From assembly GCA_038146925.1 (NCBI GenBank), contig JAYQSP010000011.1, positions 42,816-106,815 on the forward strand: a stretch of DNA of 64,000 nucleotides. The letters run 5' to 3'. The stretch is from Alphaproteobacteria bacterium. Its GTDB lineage: Bacteria > Pseudomonadota > Alphaproteobacteria > MPNO01 > UBA830. The notes beneath the pieces are model-generated. The model did no database searches and was not told the DNA's origin. It saw only the letters and a list, made by a program, of their open reading frames with translations. Every line of letters begins with the position of its first letter. The stretch's first letter is position 1. The translations under genes and the position numbers were made by a program. Of the stretch, positions 52,761 through 62,518 are shown one piece after another.

Positions 52761-54194
52761 GTGTCAAACATGACGAACGAGATTACCGCTGATATATGCG
52801 TTATCGGCGGCGGGTCCGGCGGTTTGTCCGTCGCCGCCGGCGCGTCCCAGATGGGGGCCGAGGTCGTCCTCGTCGAAGGCGCGAAGATGGGCGGCGACTG
52901 CCTGAACTACGGCTGCGTGCCGTCCAAGTCGATGATCGCGGCCGCGCATGCGGCGCACGCCATCCGGTCGGCGGACCGGTTCGGTATCGATGCCGCGGAA
53001 CCCAATGTCGATTTCCGGAAAGTGCATGACCACGTGCACGGCGTGATCGGCGCCATCGCGCCGCACGATTCCGTCGAGCGCTTCGAAGGTCTCGGTGTGC
53101 GGGTGATCCAGGAGAAAGGAAAATTCGTCGGCCCCAATCGGGTCCAGGCGGGCGATACCGTCATCACGGCCAAGCGTATTGTCGTGTCGACCGGTTCCCA
53201 TGCCGGAGCGCCCCCAATCCCGGGGCTGGACTCCGTGCCTTACCTGACCAACGAAACCGTGTTCGACCGCACCGAGGCGCCGGCGCATTTGCTGGTGATC
53301 GGCGGCGGGCCGATCGGCAGCGAACTGTCCCAGGCACACCGGCGGCTTGGCTGCGACGTTACGATCCTCGATATCGCCAAAACCCTGAACAACGACGATC
53401 CCGAGCTGACCGAAGTCGTCCGCACCCGGATGCTGAAGGAAGGTATCGTCATACGCGAAGAGATCGAAATCCTCAGCGTCGAGAAAGACGGCGCGGGCGT
53501 TGCGGTCAATATCCGGGATAACGGCAAAGAGGAACGCGTCACCGGCTCCGATCTTCTGGTCGCCGCCGGCCGGGTCCCCAATCTCGACGGGCTGGATCTG
53601 GAAGCCGCCGGGATCGAGTACGACAGACGCGGCATCAAGGTCGATGCGCGTTTGCGGACGACGAACAAAAAGGTCTTTGCCATAGGCGATGCCGCCGGCA
53701 GTTTCCAGTTCACCCATGTCGCCGGCTACCACGCCGGCATCGTGATCCGGAACGTGCTGTTCCGTCTGCCGGCCAAGGTCGATTATTCGGCGTTGCCGTG
53801 GGTCACCTATACCGACCCCGAGCTGGCCCATGTCGGCATGACGGAGAAACAGGCGCGGGAAAAACACGGCGATATCTGCATCCTCCGGCATCCGTTCGCG
53901 GAAAACGACCGCGCCCAGGCCGAACGCGATACCGATGGCCTGGCAAAGATCGTCACCACGGCGAAAGGCGTGATCGTCGGCGCATCCATCGTCGGACCGC
54001 ACGCGGGCGAACTGATCCAGCCCTGGATTCTGCCGATCCAGAAAAAGATGAAGATCGGCGCGGTGGCGGGACTGATCATCCCATATCCGACGTTGGGCGA
54101 AGTAAACAAGCGCGCCGCCGGCAGCTTCTACACACCGAAACTGTTCAGCGAGAAAACGAAGAAAATCGTCCGTTTCCTTTCGAAACTGGGATGA
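52761..54194 (+). CDS. Class I pyridine nucleotide-disulfide oxidoreductase (dihydrolipoamide dehydrogenase / mercuric-reductase-like, no metal-binding domain).
   Basis: 477 aa. FAD GGGSGG. Redox disulfide GGDCLNYGCVPSK. NAD site VIGGGPIGSE. C-terminal dimerisation domain with HPT-like motif. Confidence 0.88.
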   Translation: MSNMTNEITADICVIGGGSGGLSVAAGASQMGAEVVLVEGAKMGGDCLNYGCVPSKSMIAAAHAAHAIRSADRFGIDAAEPNVDFRKVHDHVHGVIGAIAPHDSVERFEGLGVRVIQEKGKFVGPNRVQAGDTVITAKRIVVSTGSHAGAPPIPGLDSVPYLTNETVFDRTEAPAHLLVIGGGPIGSELSQAHRRLGCDVTILDIAKTLNNDDPELTEVVRTRMLKEGIVIREEIEILSVEKDGAGVAVNIRDNGKEERVTGSDLLVAAGRVPNLDGLDLEAAGIEYDRRGIKVDARLRTTNKKVFAIGDAAGSFQFTHVAGYHAGIVIRNVLFRLPAKVDYSALPWVTYTDPELAHVGMTEKQAREKHGDICILRHPFAENDRAQAERDTDGLAKIVTTAKGVIVGASIVGPHAGELIQPWILPIQKKMKIGAVAGLIIPYPTLGEVNKRAAGSFYTPKLFSEKTKKIVRFLSKLG

Positions 54195-54472
54195 CGTTTC
54201 GACGCAGTGTCAAATTGTCGATCATCATCTCGCTGATGACCGCGACGCTGGTCTATCTCAGCCTGAAATCGATGGTTGTCCGCCCGATGCATAACATCAC
54301 CGACAGTATGGTGCATTTCCGCCGCGACCTGGAAGACGTCCGGAGTCTCAACACCCCGATCGGCGGTACCGAACGCGAGCTCGCGCAGATGCAGCGGCGT
54401 CTACGCGATGCGCTGAAACCGCGGGTCCGGCTAGCTGCCCTGGGTACGGCGAATACTCATCACTCTAAATAA
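54191..54472 (+). CDS. Small membrane-anchored hypothetical protein.
   Basis: 93 aa from an ATG overlapping the reductase stop (ATGA). One N-terminal TM helix. Confidence 0.45.
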   Translation: MTFRRSVKLSIIISLMTATLVYLSLKSMVVRPMHNITDSMVHFRRDLEDVRSLNTPIGGTERELAQMQRRLRDALKPRVRLAALGTANTHHSK

Positions 54473-54667
54473 CAGGTGGTGACGGGAAGGTGTTCGTTTT
54501 CAGTCTCCCGGTCGAATAAAAGCGTGAACGCGCGCGCTTTGCCCATATGACATCTCCCAGGTCCGATAATCCCGACCACCTGGTAATGCGGCAGAGTAGC
54601 CGTTGCACCGGCCGGTCTGACCGAGTATCTATTTTCCCGTCACAAAGGATCGACAGCGGAACGTATC

Positions 54668-54856
54668 ATGACCAATTTTTCGAACTGGGTTCTCGGCTTC
54701 TGCGCGGCCATTATGGGCGTTGGCGGATTGTTCGTCGCCTCGCATGCTGGCCACGGCGTCGGTTATTGGGGTGGCTTGGCAGTTTTCCTGTTCGCCGTGC
54801 TGTTTGTCTTCTTTCTGATTCGCACGACGCTTGATCACGACGAAGCCGGACACTAG
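54668..54856 (+). CDS. Small 2-TM membrane protein, hypothetical.
   Basis: 62 aa. Hydrophobic, GC3-biased. Confidence 0.4.
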   Translation: MTNFSNWVLGFCAAIMGVGGLFVASHAGHGVGYWGGLAVFLFAVLFVFFLIRTTLDHDEAGH

Positions 54857-55998
54857 TCACCGGCGCTGTGGATCAACCCGGCGAGCCACAATGCGACCGC
54901 CCCTCCGGCGGCCGACAGCAGTGTCATCGCGTAGAACGCCTCGCCGCCGTACCCGGCATACAGCCAGCCCGTCACCAGCATCATCAATCCCATCACCAAT
55001 CCGATCGCAAAGCCCGAATAAAGGCCCTGCGCCGATGCCGACATGCGTTCCGGCACGGTGCGCAGCATGTGGTGCATCGCCGCCAGATGCGCCGCGCCGA
55101 AGGTCAGGCCATGCAGCCACTGAGTTGCGAACAGCGTGGTCAAATCCGTGGTGTTCGCCAGGATCGCCCAGCGGACGACGCCGGCGGCGGCGGAGATGTA
55201 CATCAGACGGATCGGGCTGACGCGCGCGACCACGGCGCCGGAAAACGCGAAGAGAATGATTTCGGCGATCACGCCTTCCGCCCACAGCGCGCCGATCACG
55301 TCGTCCGCGATACCGGCGTCGCGCCAGTGGATCGTACCGAAGACATACAGGACGGCATGGCTCGACTGCAGCAGGCTCACGGCGGCGATGAACACCAGGA
55401 AGCGTTTCTGGCGCAGCAGCGCGAAAGCCGGGAAACGCACATCGGGCACGGTTGCCGGGTCACGGGTCGGGCGCTCCGGCAGTCCGAACCCGGCGATGAA
55501 GGCGGCGATCATGGCCGCGACGATCATCCACAGGATCGCCGCGTCGCCGGTTTCCTCGACCACCCAGCCGCCGGCATAGGCGGCGAGGATGAACGTGATA
55601 GATCCCCACAGCCGGACACGCCCGTAGTCGAAGCCGTGCTCCACCGACGCGCGCGAGGCCAGGTTTTCGCCCAGCGGAATCAGCGCCATGAACATAGCGC
55701 TGGCCGCGACGTTGACGACGAACAGCATCCAGAACCCGTCGGCGATGCCGAACAGCGCGTAGGTTACCACGCCGCCGCCGGCGGCAATCATGATGATCTT
55801 CTTATTCGCGCCCGACCGGTCGGCGAAGTGGGCGATGAACGGGTTGGCAAAGGCGCGGATCCACACGCCGACCGACAGGATCAGGCTGATCTCCGCCGCG
55901 TCGAGGCCGCGGAATTTCAGCCAGGCCGGCCAGAACGGCAGATGAATGCCGACGGCAAGAAAGATCGCGGCGTAATAGAAGGAAAAGCGGACGGCCAT
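54853..55998 (-). CDS. MFS transporter (HcaT/MFS_1_like type).
   Basis: 381 aa, 12 TM. Confidence 0.82.
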   Translation of the reverse strand: MAVRFSFYYAAIFLAVGIHLPFWPAWLKFRGLDAAEISLILSVGVWIRAFANPFIAHFADRSGANKKIIMIAAGGGVVTYALFGIADGFWMLFVVNVAASAMFMALIPLGENLASRASVEHGFDYGRVRLWGSITFILAAYAGGWVVEETGDAAILWMIVAAMIAAFIAGFGLPERPTRDPATVPDVRFPAFALLRQKRFLVFIAAVSLLQSSHAVLYVFGTIHWRDAGIADDVIGALWAEGVIAEIILFAFSGAVVARVSPIRLMYISAAAGVVRWAILANTTDLTTLFATQWLHGLTFGAAHLAAMHHMLRTVPERMSASAQGLYSGFAIGLVMGLMMLVTGWLYAGYGGEAFYAMTLLSAAGGAVALWLAGLIHSAGD

Positions 55999-56096
55999 GC
56001 TGCGGGCGGTTTAGCAGCTTGGGGCCTGCGTGTCGCGCCCGCTCTGCGTTGCCAATTTGCACTCTCCCCCTTGGGGGCGAGGGGGTTTTTTTGCCG

Positions 56097-56815
56097 TCAA
56101 ATCGGCATCGCGATGCGCAGGTGACCGGATTCCTGATCGCTGTTCAGAAGATCGACACGCTTTGATGCGATGGCAAAACCGTCCCCCTCGGCGACCAGGG
56201 CCCATGTCACATGGGCCGAAAACATCCTCTGCTCGTCACGGCGGTATTCGACGAACAGCAGGCTCGCCTTTGCCGTCAGGGTGTCGCCGGCATCGCTCCC
56301 GACCTGTCGATGGTGAAAAGGGTGCCGAATTCGTCGAACTTCAGCACATTGTCCAGGGAGCCTGCGCCCGTCATCGGGGTCGGGATTGATGTCAGCAGGC
56401 CGGTCGTCCGGTCCACCGTGGCGATAGCAGCGATGTCGTGCATGGACAGCGAGCCGGTTCCGTCGAAGGCCAGACCGGTGCCGAGATCGATCGTGACAAG
56501 GTCGTCTTGGATCGTACGGGCTTCGCTCCGACCGTATAAAATTCCCGATGAATCAAACGAGCTATCGGGAACCTGCGCGCCCGAGTTTCCGATCATGGTT
56601 ACCGCGCCCGTGCCCTTGTTGATCGAAATCAGCTGCGTCGCGCCCGATCCGAACAAGTTGCTGACATGGCCGTGCAAATCGCCAGTGACGGGATTTACCG
56701 CAAGTCCCGTGACATGGGAAAAACCGGTCGCACCGATCAGTGTCGCAGTCGCGGTCGAAGTGTCGAGCGCGTAAAGCGACGAGCTCGCGCCCGACGCACC
56801 CGTGATGGCGTACAT
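56097..56815 (-). CDS. Hypothetical protein. The 179-aa ORF 56276..56815 has a probable frameshifted protein-like continuation to the stop at 56097.
   Basis: The -1/+1 frame after 56280 reads ...TLTAKASLLFVEYRRDEQRMFSAHVTWALVAEGDGFAIASKRVDLLNSDQESGHLRIAMPI*. Gly/Thr/Ser-rich repeat-like N-terminal region. Confidence 0.4.
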
Positions 56816-56990
56816 GACGCCTGCGTGCGCTTTTGGCGCCGCGCAAAAAAAGCGGCCGCACAGATGACGCCCGTAAGATATCGTTTCGCCTGTATTCGGA
56901 ACGACATATCAACCTCCCCCTCCCACTGGCTGTACGCGTGAAAAATCCGTTGTCAGACTGTACGCAAGCTTTGTGCCACGAAATTATTTG

Positions 56991-57008
56991 CCATGTTTTT
57001 CAACATGG
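56991..57008. promoter_or_regulatory. Palindromic candidate operator in the AT-rich divergent promoter region upstream of the TPP-enzyme operon.
   Basis: CCATGTTtttcAACATGG (7-4-7). Nearby direct repeats CTGTACGC at 56930 and 56958. Confidence 0.3.
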
Positions 57009-57171
57009 TACCGAAATGCCGTATGTTTTGTTTTGTAAAACCGTAAAAATCATCGACGCCCCGGGGAGGGGTTTTCCGCCGCCGAAACGCCGGGCCGGCG
57101 GGGTGCGGCCTAGATCAGCCTGGCCTTCCATGCTATCGGACAGACACACAAAGGGATGAGGGACAGCAGCT

Positions 57172-58923
57172 ATGCCAGCCAAGACAATCAAGGTCGATAG
57201 CGCCGCCGAAGCCTATCTGACGGTCCTCAAGGACCGCGAGGTCGATTACCTGTTCGGCAATGCGGGGACGGATTTTCCGTCCATCATCGAGGGTCTTTCC
57301 AAATCGCTGACCGGCGAGGGCAGCGCGCCGACGCCGGTGACCGTGCCGCACGAAAATCTCGGCGTCGCCATGGCGCATGGCTATTTCGTCTCCACCGGGC
57401 GCATGGCGGCGGTGATGGTGCATGTGAATGTCGGCACGGCCAACGCGATCTGCGGCATCATGAACGCGGCTCGGGAGAATGTGCCGATCCTGATGACGTC
57501 CGGCCGGACGCCGCTGACCGAAGAAGGCTTCGACGGGTCGCGCTCGCTTTATATCCACTGGGGCCAGGAAATGTTCGATCAGGCATCGACCCTGCGCGAA
57601 ATGGTCAAGTGGGATTACGAATTGCGCAACGCCAAGCAGATCGAGACCATCGTCGACCGTGCTGTCACGGTCGCGATGACGGAACCGCGGGGGCCGGTCT
57701 ATCTGTCGCTGCCGCGCGAAGTGCTGGCCGAGGATCCGGGCGAGTTCACCTACCAGTCGCCGACCCGTCGGGTCGTGGCGCGGGCGGCGGCGGCCGATCC
57801 GGCGGCGCTGGACGAAGCCGCCGAAATCCTGGCAAGCGCGGAAAATCCGCTGATCATCACGGCCAGTATGGGGCAGAATCGCGCAGCCGTGCCCGCGCTC
57901 GAGTCCCTTGCCGAACACTATGCCCTGCCGGTGATCACCTATCGGCCGCGCTATGTGAATATCGCTTCCGATCATCCGATGCATCTCGGCTACGAGCCCG
58001 GCGCGTATCTGCGCGATGTCGACGCCGTGCTGGTGATAGATTGTGATGTGCCGTGGATACCGTCACTGCACAAACTGAACCCGGACGCCAAAGTCATTCA
58101 CCTCGGCGCCGATCCATTGTTCGAAAACTACCCGGTGCGCGGATTCCCCTGCGACCTCGGTATCAGGGGCAGCTCGGCGACCGCCCTGCCGCAGCTGGAG
58201 GAAGCGATGGCCAGCCGGGAAAAATCCGCGAAGGGCCGGATCGACGCCCGGCGCAGGAAAATCGCCGACACCAAGGCTGACCAGGCAGCGGCCAATCAGG
58301 CGCGGATCGATAAAATCGCCTCTGGCGCCGCCGCCATGGACAATGCCTGGGTCGCGCATTGCCTCGGACAGCTCAAGGAAGACGACGATATTCTGGTCTC
58401 CGAATCCCAGCTCGCGCTGGCCAACCTCTCGCTCCGGAATCCGGGCACGTATTTCGGCACCAGCCCGGCGGGTGGGCTCGGCTGGGGACTGGGCGCGGGG
58501 ATCGGCGTAAAGCTCGGCGACCGCGACAAACGGGTGTGGAACGTGGTCGGCGACGGGTCTTACATGTTCGGCAACCCGACGCCGGCGCATTTCGTCTCCG
58601 CCGCCTACGACCTGCCGGTCCTTACCGTCATCATGAACAACAAGATGTGGGGCTCCGTCCGCAAGGCCACACTCGGCCTGTATCCCGAAGGCGCCGCTTC
58701 CAGCGCCAATCAGGCGCCGCTGACGTATCTGGATCCCGCGCCGGAATACCACAAGATCGTCGAAGCGTCCGACGGCTACGGCGAGGAAGTGAAAGACCCT
58801 GCCGATCTGCCGGCCGCGCTCGAACGCGGGATGAAGGCGGTCGATATTGACGGCAGGACAGCCGTCATCAACGTCCACACCACCTATGACGATGCTGCCG
58901 CCAAGGCGGACGCGGTGCGCTGA
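57172..58923 (+). CDS. Thiamine-diphosphate-dependent enzyme (acetolactate synthase large-subunit-like).
   Basis: 583 aa. ThDP motif GDGSYMFGNPTPAHFVSAAYDLPVLTVIMNNKMWG. N-terminal pyrimidine-binding domain. Confidence 0.85.
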   Translation: MPAKTIKVDSAAEAYLTVLKDREVDYLFGNAGTDFPSIIEGLSKSLTGEGSAPTPVTVPHENLGVAMAHGYFVSTGRMAAVMVHVNVGTANAICGIMNAARENVPILMTSGRTPLTEEGFDGSRSLYIHWGQEMFDQASTLREMVKWDYELRNAKQIETIVDRAVTVAMTEPRGPVYLSLPREVLAEDPGEFTYQSPTRRVVARAAAADPAALDEAAEILASAENPLIITASMGQNRAAVPALESLAEHYALPVITYRPRYVNIASDHPMHLGYEPGAYLRDVDAVLVIDCDVPWIPSLHKLNPDAKVIHLGADPLFENYPVRGFPCDLGIRGSSATALPQLEEAMASREKSAKGRIDARRRKIADTKADQAAANQARIDKIASGAAAMDNAWVAHCLGQLKEDDDILVSESQLALANLSLRNPGTYFGTSPAGGLGWGLGAGIGVKLGDRDKRVWNVVGDGSYMFGNPTPAHFVSAAYDLPVLTVIMNNKMWGSVRKATLGLYPEGAASSANQAPLTYLDPAPEYHKIVEASDGYGEEVKDPADLPAALERGMKAVDIDGRTAVINVHTTYDDAAAKADAVR

Positions 58924-60092
58924 TGTCGTCCTCCACCGACGCGCTGAATGCGCAGCTGGAGAAACTGTCCAGGCACCCGTTCTACAAGGGGCGTGTGCCG
59001 TTCTCCGTCGCAGATGCGGCGGATTTCGCGGCGAACGTGCCGTTGATGAACCGTGCCGACCTGGTGGCCGAGATGACCAGACCCGGGTATGGCGCGTTCG
59101 GGGGCAGCAACCCGGTGCGTATGAACCTCAGCCCGATGGGGGCGTCGCTGGTGCCCGCCATGCAGACGGCGGGCGACCTTGATAACCTGATCGCCGCCGC
59201 GCTGACGCATCTCGATGCCTGCGGGATCGGACCGGGCGATGTCTGCGCGGTGACGTTCGGTTATCACATGTTCGTGGCCGGACTGTTCTACCAGTCGCAG
59301 ATGGAAGCCCACGGCGTCGCCTGTATTCCACTGGGGCCGGGCGAAGCCGAGCGGACGGTCGAGGTGTGCGCGGCCCATAACGTGACGGTGCTTGCGGGCA
59401 ATCCGTCCTTTACCCTCAAACTCATCGAGGCCGGGCTGACGCCGCCCAAGGTGTTTTTCGCCGGCGGCGAGGCGTTTACAGGCAATCCGACGCTGTACAA
59501 CGCGGTCCGCGCCGCGATGCCTGACACGGTGCTGGTGGACTCATTTTCCCTGTCGGAGTTCCTGCCGGTCGCGCGGACATTCCCCGGCGGAGAGGGTGTG
59601 CATGTCTTCGACGAACTGGTCTATGCCGAGGTGATCGACCCTGCGACGGGCGATCCAGTCGCCAACGGCGAACGGGGCGAGTTGGTGCTTACCCATCTGA
59701 AAAAGGAAGCGCAGCCGCTGCTGCGCTACCGAACCGGCGATCTGACCGTGCGCCGGACGACGGAACCCGTGCATGGCCGGACCGTCAATTTGCCGCGTGT
59801 CGTGTTCGGCCGCACTGACGATATGGTTAAGGTGAAGGGTGTGAAAGTCTACCCGTCGGAAATCCGCAGTGTGCTGCTGGGCCTCGACGGACCGACCGGC
59901 GCCTACCGGCTGACGGTCTCGGCCAGGGACGGTGGCGGCGACCGGTTGGCGCTAGCGCTGGAAGGTGCGGGCAATGACGATGTGTCGGAACAAATTGCCC
60001 GTAGGTTCAAGAGCCAGACGTTGATATCGGCCGACGAAATTACGTTTGTGGAGAAGCTGGAAGAGGGCCCGGCTGTGCTGGACGAGCGCTAG
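58923..60092 (+). CDS. PaaK-like adenylate-forming CoA ligase (phenylacetate-CoA ligase / F390 synthetase family).
   Basis: 389 aa. TGATG overlap with the upstream gene. ...YRTGD... and ...VKGVKVYPSEI... motifs typical of the PaaK family. Confidence 0.75.
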   Translation: MSSSTDALNAQLEKLSRHPFYKGRVPFSVADAADFAANVPLMNRADLVAEMTRPGYGAFGGSNPVRMNLSPMGASLVPAMQTAGDLDNLIAAALTHLDACGIGPGDVCAVTFGYHMFVAGLFYQSQMEAHGVACIPLGPGEAERTVEVCAAHNVTVLAGNPSFTLKLIEAGLTPPKVFFAGGEAFTGNPTLYNAVRAAMPDTVLVDSFSLSEFLPVARTFPGGEGVHVFDELVYAEVIDPATGDPVANGERGELVLTHLKKEAQPLLRYRTGDLTVRRTTEPVHGRTVNLPRVVFGRTDDMVKVKGVKVYPSEIRSVLLGLDGPTGAYRLTVSARDGGGDRLALALEGAGNDDVSEQIARRFKSQTLISADEITFVEKLEEGPAVLDER

Positions 60093-60200
60093 ATATTTGA
60101 TCTCTTCATTCCCGCGGAGGCGGAGATCTTCGTTTGGACGTGAACGAGTAGACAGAAAGTTCCCGCGTTCGCGGGGCTGACATGAAGAGGAAAGTAACGG

Positions 60201-61310
60201 ATGACCGATACCCCCTGGCGACTGATCGTCGACAAGAATTCCTATGCCGATTTTTCGGTTTCGGTGTCTCCCGCCGTGGAAAAGGCGGTCGTGAACGGCG
60301 ATGCGCCGCCGACGATTTTTCTCAACATCTTCGACCGGGACTCGATCACGATCGGCGTCAACGAAGACCCGGAACAGGTGCTGGATCTCGACTACTGTCG
60401 CGACAACAACATCGATTTCCGGCGCCGCGTTAATGGTGGCGGGGCGATCTATACCGGGACAGGATCGGCGTTTCTCGTCTATTTCGTGCCCACCTCCCAT
60501 CCCGACGTGCCGGAAACGACGGCAGAGGCATTCCCCAAGATTCTGACGGCACTCGCCGAGACGTTTCAGGATCTCTACGGGTTTCCCGCGGAATACCGGC
60601 CTCTGAACGACGTTCAGGTCGAAGGCCGCAAGCTGGTTCCGACATCGCTGAAGATCGAAAACGGCGTGATGACGTTCCGCATCGTCGTCAACGTGAAGGA
60701 GATGGATACCGAAACCGCCGGCGCGGCCATGCCGATGCCGCCCGAAAAGGTGCAGGACAAGGTGTTGAAGGATCTGCAGTCGCGTTTCACCTGTCTGGAA
60801 CGTGAAGCGGGCAGGGAACTGTCGGCGGACGATCTCGAACGGATGACGCGGGCCGCGGTGGAGCACGCCTTCGGTGCGCCGGTGCTGGAACCGGGAAAAC
60901 TGACGGATGCCGAACGAAAATATGCCGAGGAATTTCGCGCCGAATACGACAACGACGGCTGGCTGTTCGGCAAATCCGAACGCAACCGGTTCCGCGCCGA
61001 CACGCAGCCGGGCGACACTGTCGGTTACGGCCGCGAGAAAGCGGTCGGGGGCATGTTGTGGGCAACCCTGGCGGTCCGCGACGGCAAGATATTTCATGCC
61101 ATCCTGAACGGCGACTGGCATCCGCGGCCCATCGATTCCGTAGGCTGGCTGGAACAGGCGCTGGTCGGCGTCGACGCGGCCGAAGACGCCGTTCGCGACG
61201 TCGTGACGTCGTTCATGGGGCGCGATGACGTGGAGTTCGCCAGTGTCGAGATCGACAACCTGATGGCGGCGTTCGGCAAGGCGCTGGCGGATCAGAAACC
61301 GGTTGGCTGA
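60201..61310 (+). CDS. Lipoate-protein ligase (LplA/BPL-LPL catalytic domain) family protein.
   Basis: 369 aa. BPL/LPL-like core ...RRVNGGGAIYTGTGSAFLVY... and ...KLVPTSLKIENG... Confidence 0.65.
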   Translation: MTDTPWRLIVDKNSYADFSVSVSPAVEKAVVNGDAPPTIFLNIFDRDSITIGVNEDPEQVLDLDYCRDNNIDFRRRVNGGGAIYTGTGSAFLVYFVPTSHPDVPETTAEAFPKILTALAETFQDLYGFPAEYRPLNDVQVEGRKLVPTSLKIENGVMTFRIVVNVKEMDTETAGAAMPMPPEKVQDKVLKDLQSRFTCLEREAGRELSADDLERMTRAAVEHAFGAPVLEPGKLTDAERKYAEEFRAEYDNDGWLFGKSERNRFRADTQPGDTVGYGREKAVGGMLWATLAVRDGKIFHAILNGDWHPRPIDSVGWLEQALVGVDAAEDAVRDVVTSFMGRDDVEFASVEIDNLMAAFGKALADQKPVG

Positions 61311-61695
61311 TCCCGACGCCGGATCGCTGCCGGGTGAAGGTGGCGCTTACGCGCTGTATTTCGAGCTCTCCGAACCCGTCGCGCTTCCGATTGCGCGTCT
61401 GAATAATCCCGTCCTCGACCCCGGCGTCTATGTATATGCCGGCAGCGCGTACGGCCCCGGCGGTATCCGGGCCCGCGTCACGCGGCATCTTCGCCGCGAC
61501 AAGCGACCTCACTGGCATATCGATCATCTGAGCGTGCGGGTGGGCTGCCGGCGGGTGGACGCATTTCCCGGCGGGAAGGAATGCGACTTGGTCGCGGATT
61601 TTTTGGAGGCGGGCGGCTATGTGCCCGTGCCGGGCTTCGGCAGTTCGGACTGCAAGACCTGTGCGGCGCATCTGGTGCGCCTTGCCGGAGAATAG
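61303..61695 (+). CDS. DUF123/GIY-YIG-like small protein.
   Basis: 130 aa. ...GVYVYAGSAYGPGGIRARVTRHLR... 8-nt overlap with the upstream gene. Confidence 0.45.
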   Translation: MADPDAGSLPGEGGAYALYFELSEPVALPIARLNNPVLDPGVYVYAGSAYGPGGIRARVTRHLRRDKRPHWHIDHLSVRVGCRRVDAFPGGKECDLVADFLEAGGYVPVPGFGSSDCKTCAAHLVRLAGE

Positions 61696-61740
61696 CAAAA
61701 CGGCAATATTGCCGCCGGGACAAACGAGGGAATACAGGAT

Positions 61741-62511
61741 ATGGGCGTCGTAAACATCGACCGCCGCGACGACGGGATTGCCAGCGTCGCGATCAACCGT
61801 CCGGACAAGCGCAACGCGCTGAACGACGAGGTGCGCGCCACGCTGATCGCCGAATTGCCGGGTCTGCTGCGCGACGCGACCGTGCATGCGCTGGTGCTGA
61901 CGGGCGAAGGCGGGCATTTCTGCGCCGGCGGCGATATCGCCAGCATGGAAGGGCTCGATTCCAAGGGCGCTCGTGCCCGTATGAAAGACAACCACACCAT
62001 CGTCCGGCTGATCGCGGAATCCGAGAAACCGGTCGTCACCGCGATCGAGGGGTTTGCCGTCGGCGCCGGCGCCGGTCTGGCGATGCTGGGCGACACGGCC
62101 GTTATTGCCGAAGGCGGCACCATCGGCTTTCCGTTTTTCCGCGTCGGGCTGATACCCGATTACGGCATCCTGCACACCCTGCCGCGCCGTGCCGGCGGCG
62201 CGAAGGCGCGCCAGCTGCTGCTCTATGCGAAGATGGTCAAGGCGCCCGATGCCGTCGCCTGGGGGCTGGCCGACGAGCTGGTTTCCGACGGCAAGGCCGA
62301 GGAGACGGCCATCGAACGGGCGCTCGAACTGGCGCAGATGCCGCCCTTCGCCTTCGCTATCGCCAAGCAACAGCTCGGCCTTGCACCGGTGAAGCTGGAT
62401 GAAGCGCTGGAAATGGAAGCGCTGGCGCAGGCCGGATGTTTCGGCGCCGACGAATTCCTCGAAGGGTCCGCTGCATTCCTCGAAAAGCGCAAGCCGGTTT
62501 TCCGGAAATAA
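61741..62511 (+). CDS. Enoyl-CoA hydratase/isomerase family protein.
   Basis: 256 aa. Crotonase oxyanion region ...LTGEGGHFCAGGDIASM... and ...EGFAVGAGAGLAM... Confidence 0.9.
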   Translation: MGVVNIDRRDDGIASVAINRPDKRNALNDEVRATLIAELPGLLRDATVHALVLTGEGGHFCAGGDIASMEGLDSKGARARMKDNHTIVRLIAESEKPVVTAIEGFAVGAGAGLAMLGDTAVIAEGGTIGFPFFRVGLIPDYGILHTLPRRAGGAKARQLLLYAKMVKAPDAVAWGLADELVSDGKAEETAIERALELAQMPPFAFAIAKQQLGLAPVKLDEALEMEALAQAGCFGADEFLEGSAAFLEKRKPVFRK

Positions 62512-62518
62512 GCACGGG

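Noticed and set aside
56063-56092. CCCCC...GGGGG hairpin followed by a T7 run as a plus-strand terminator
   Set aside because: The structure is real, but no plus-strand gene ends upstream of it. On the minus strand it follows the 56097 stop but lacks a U-tract. Its function is left open.
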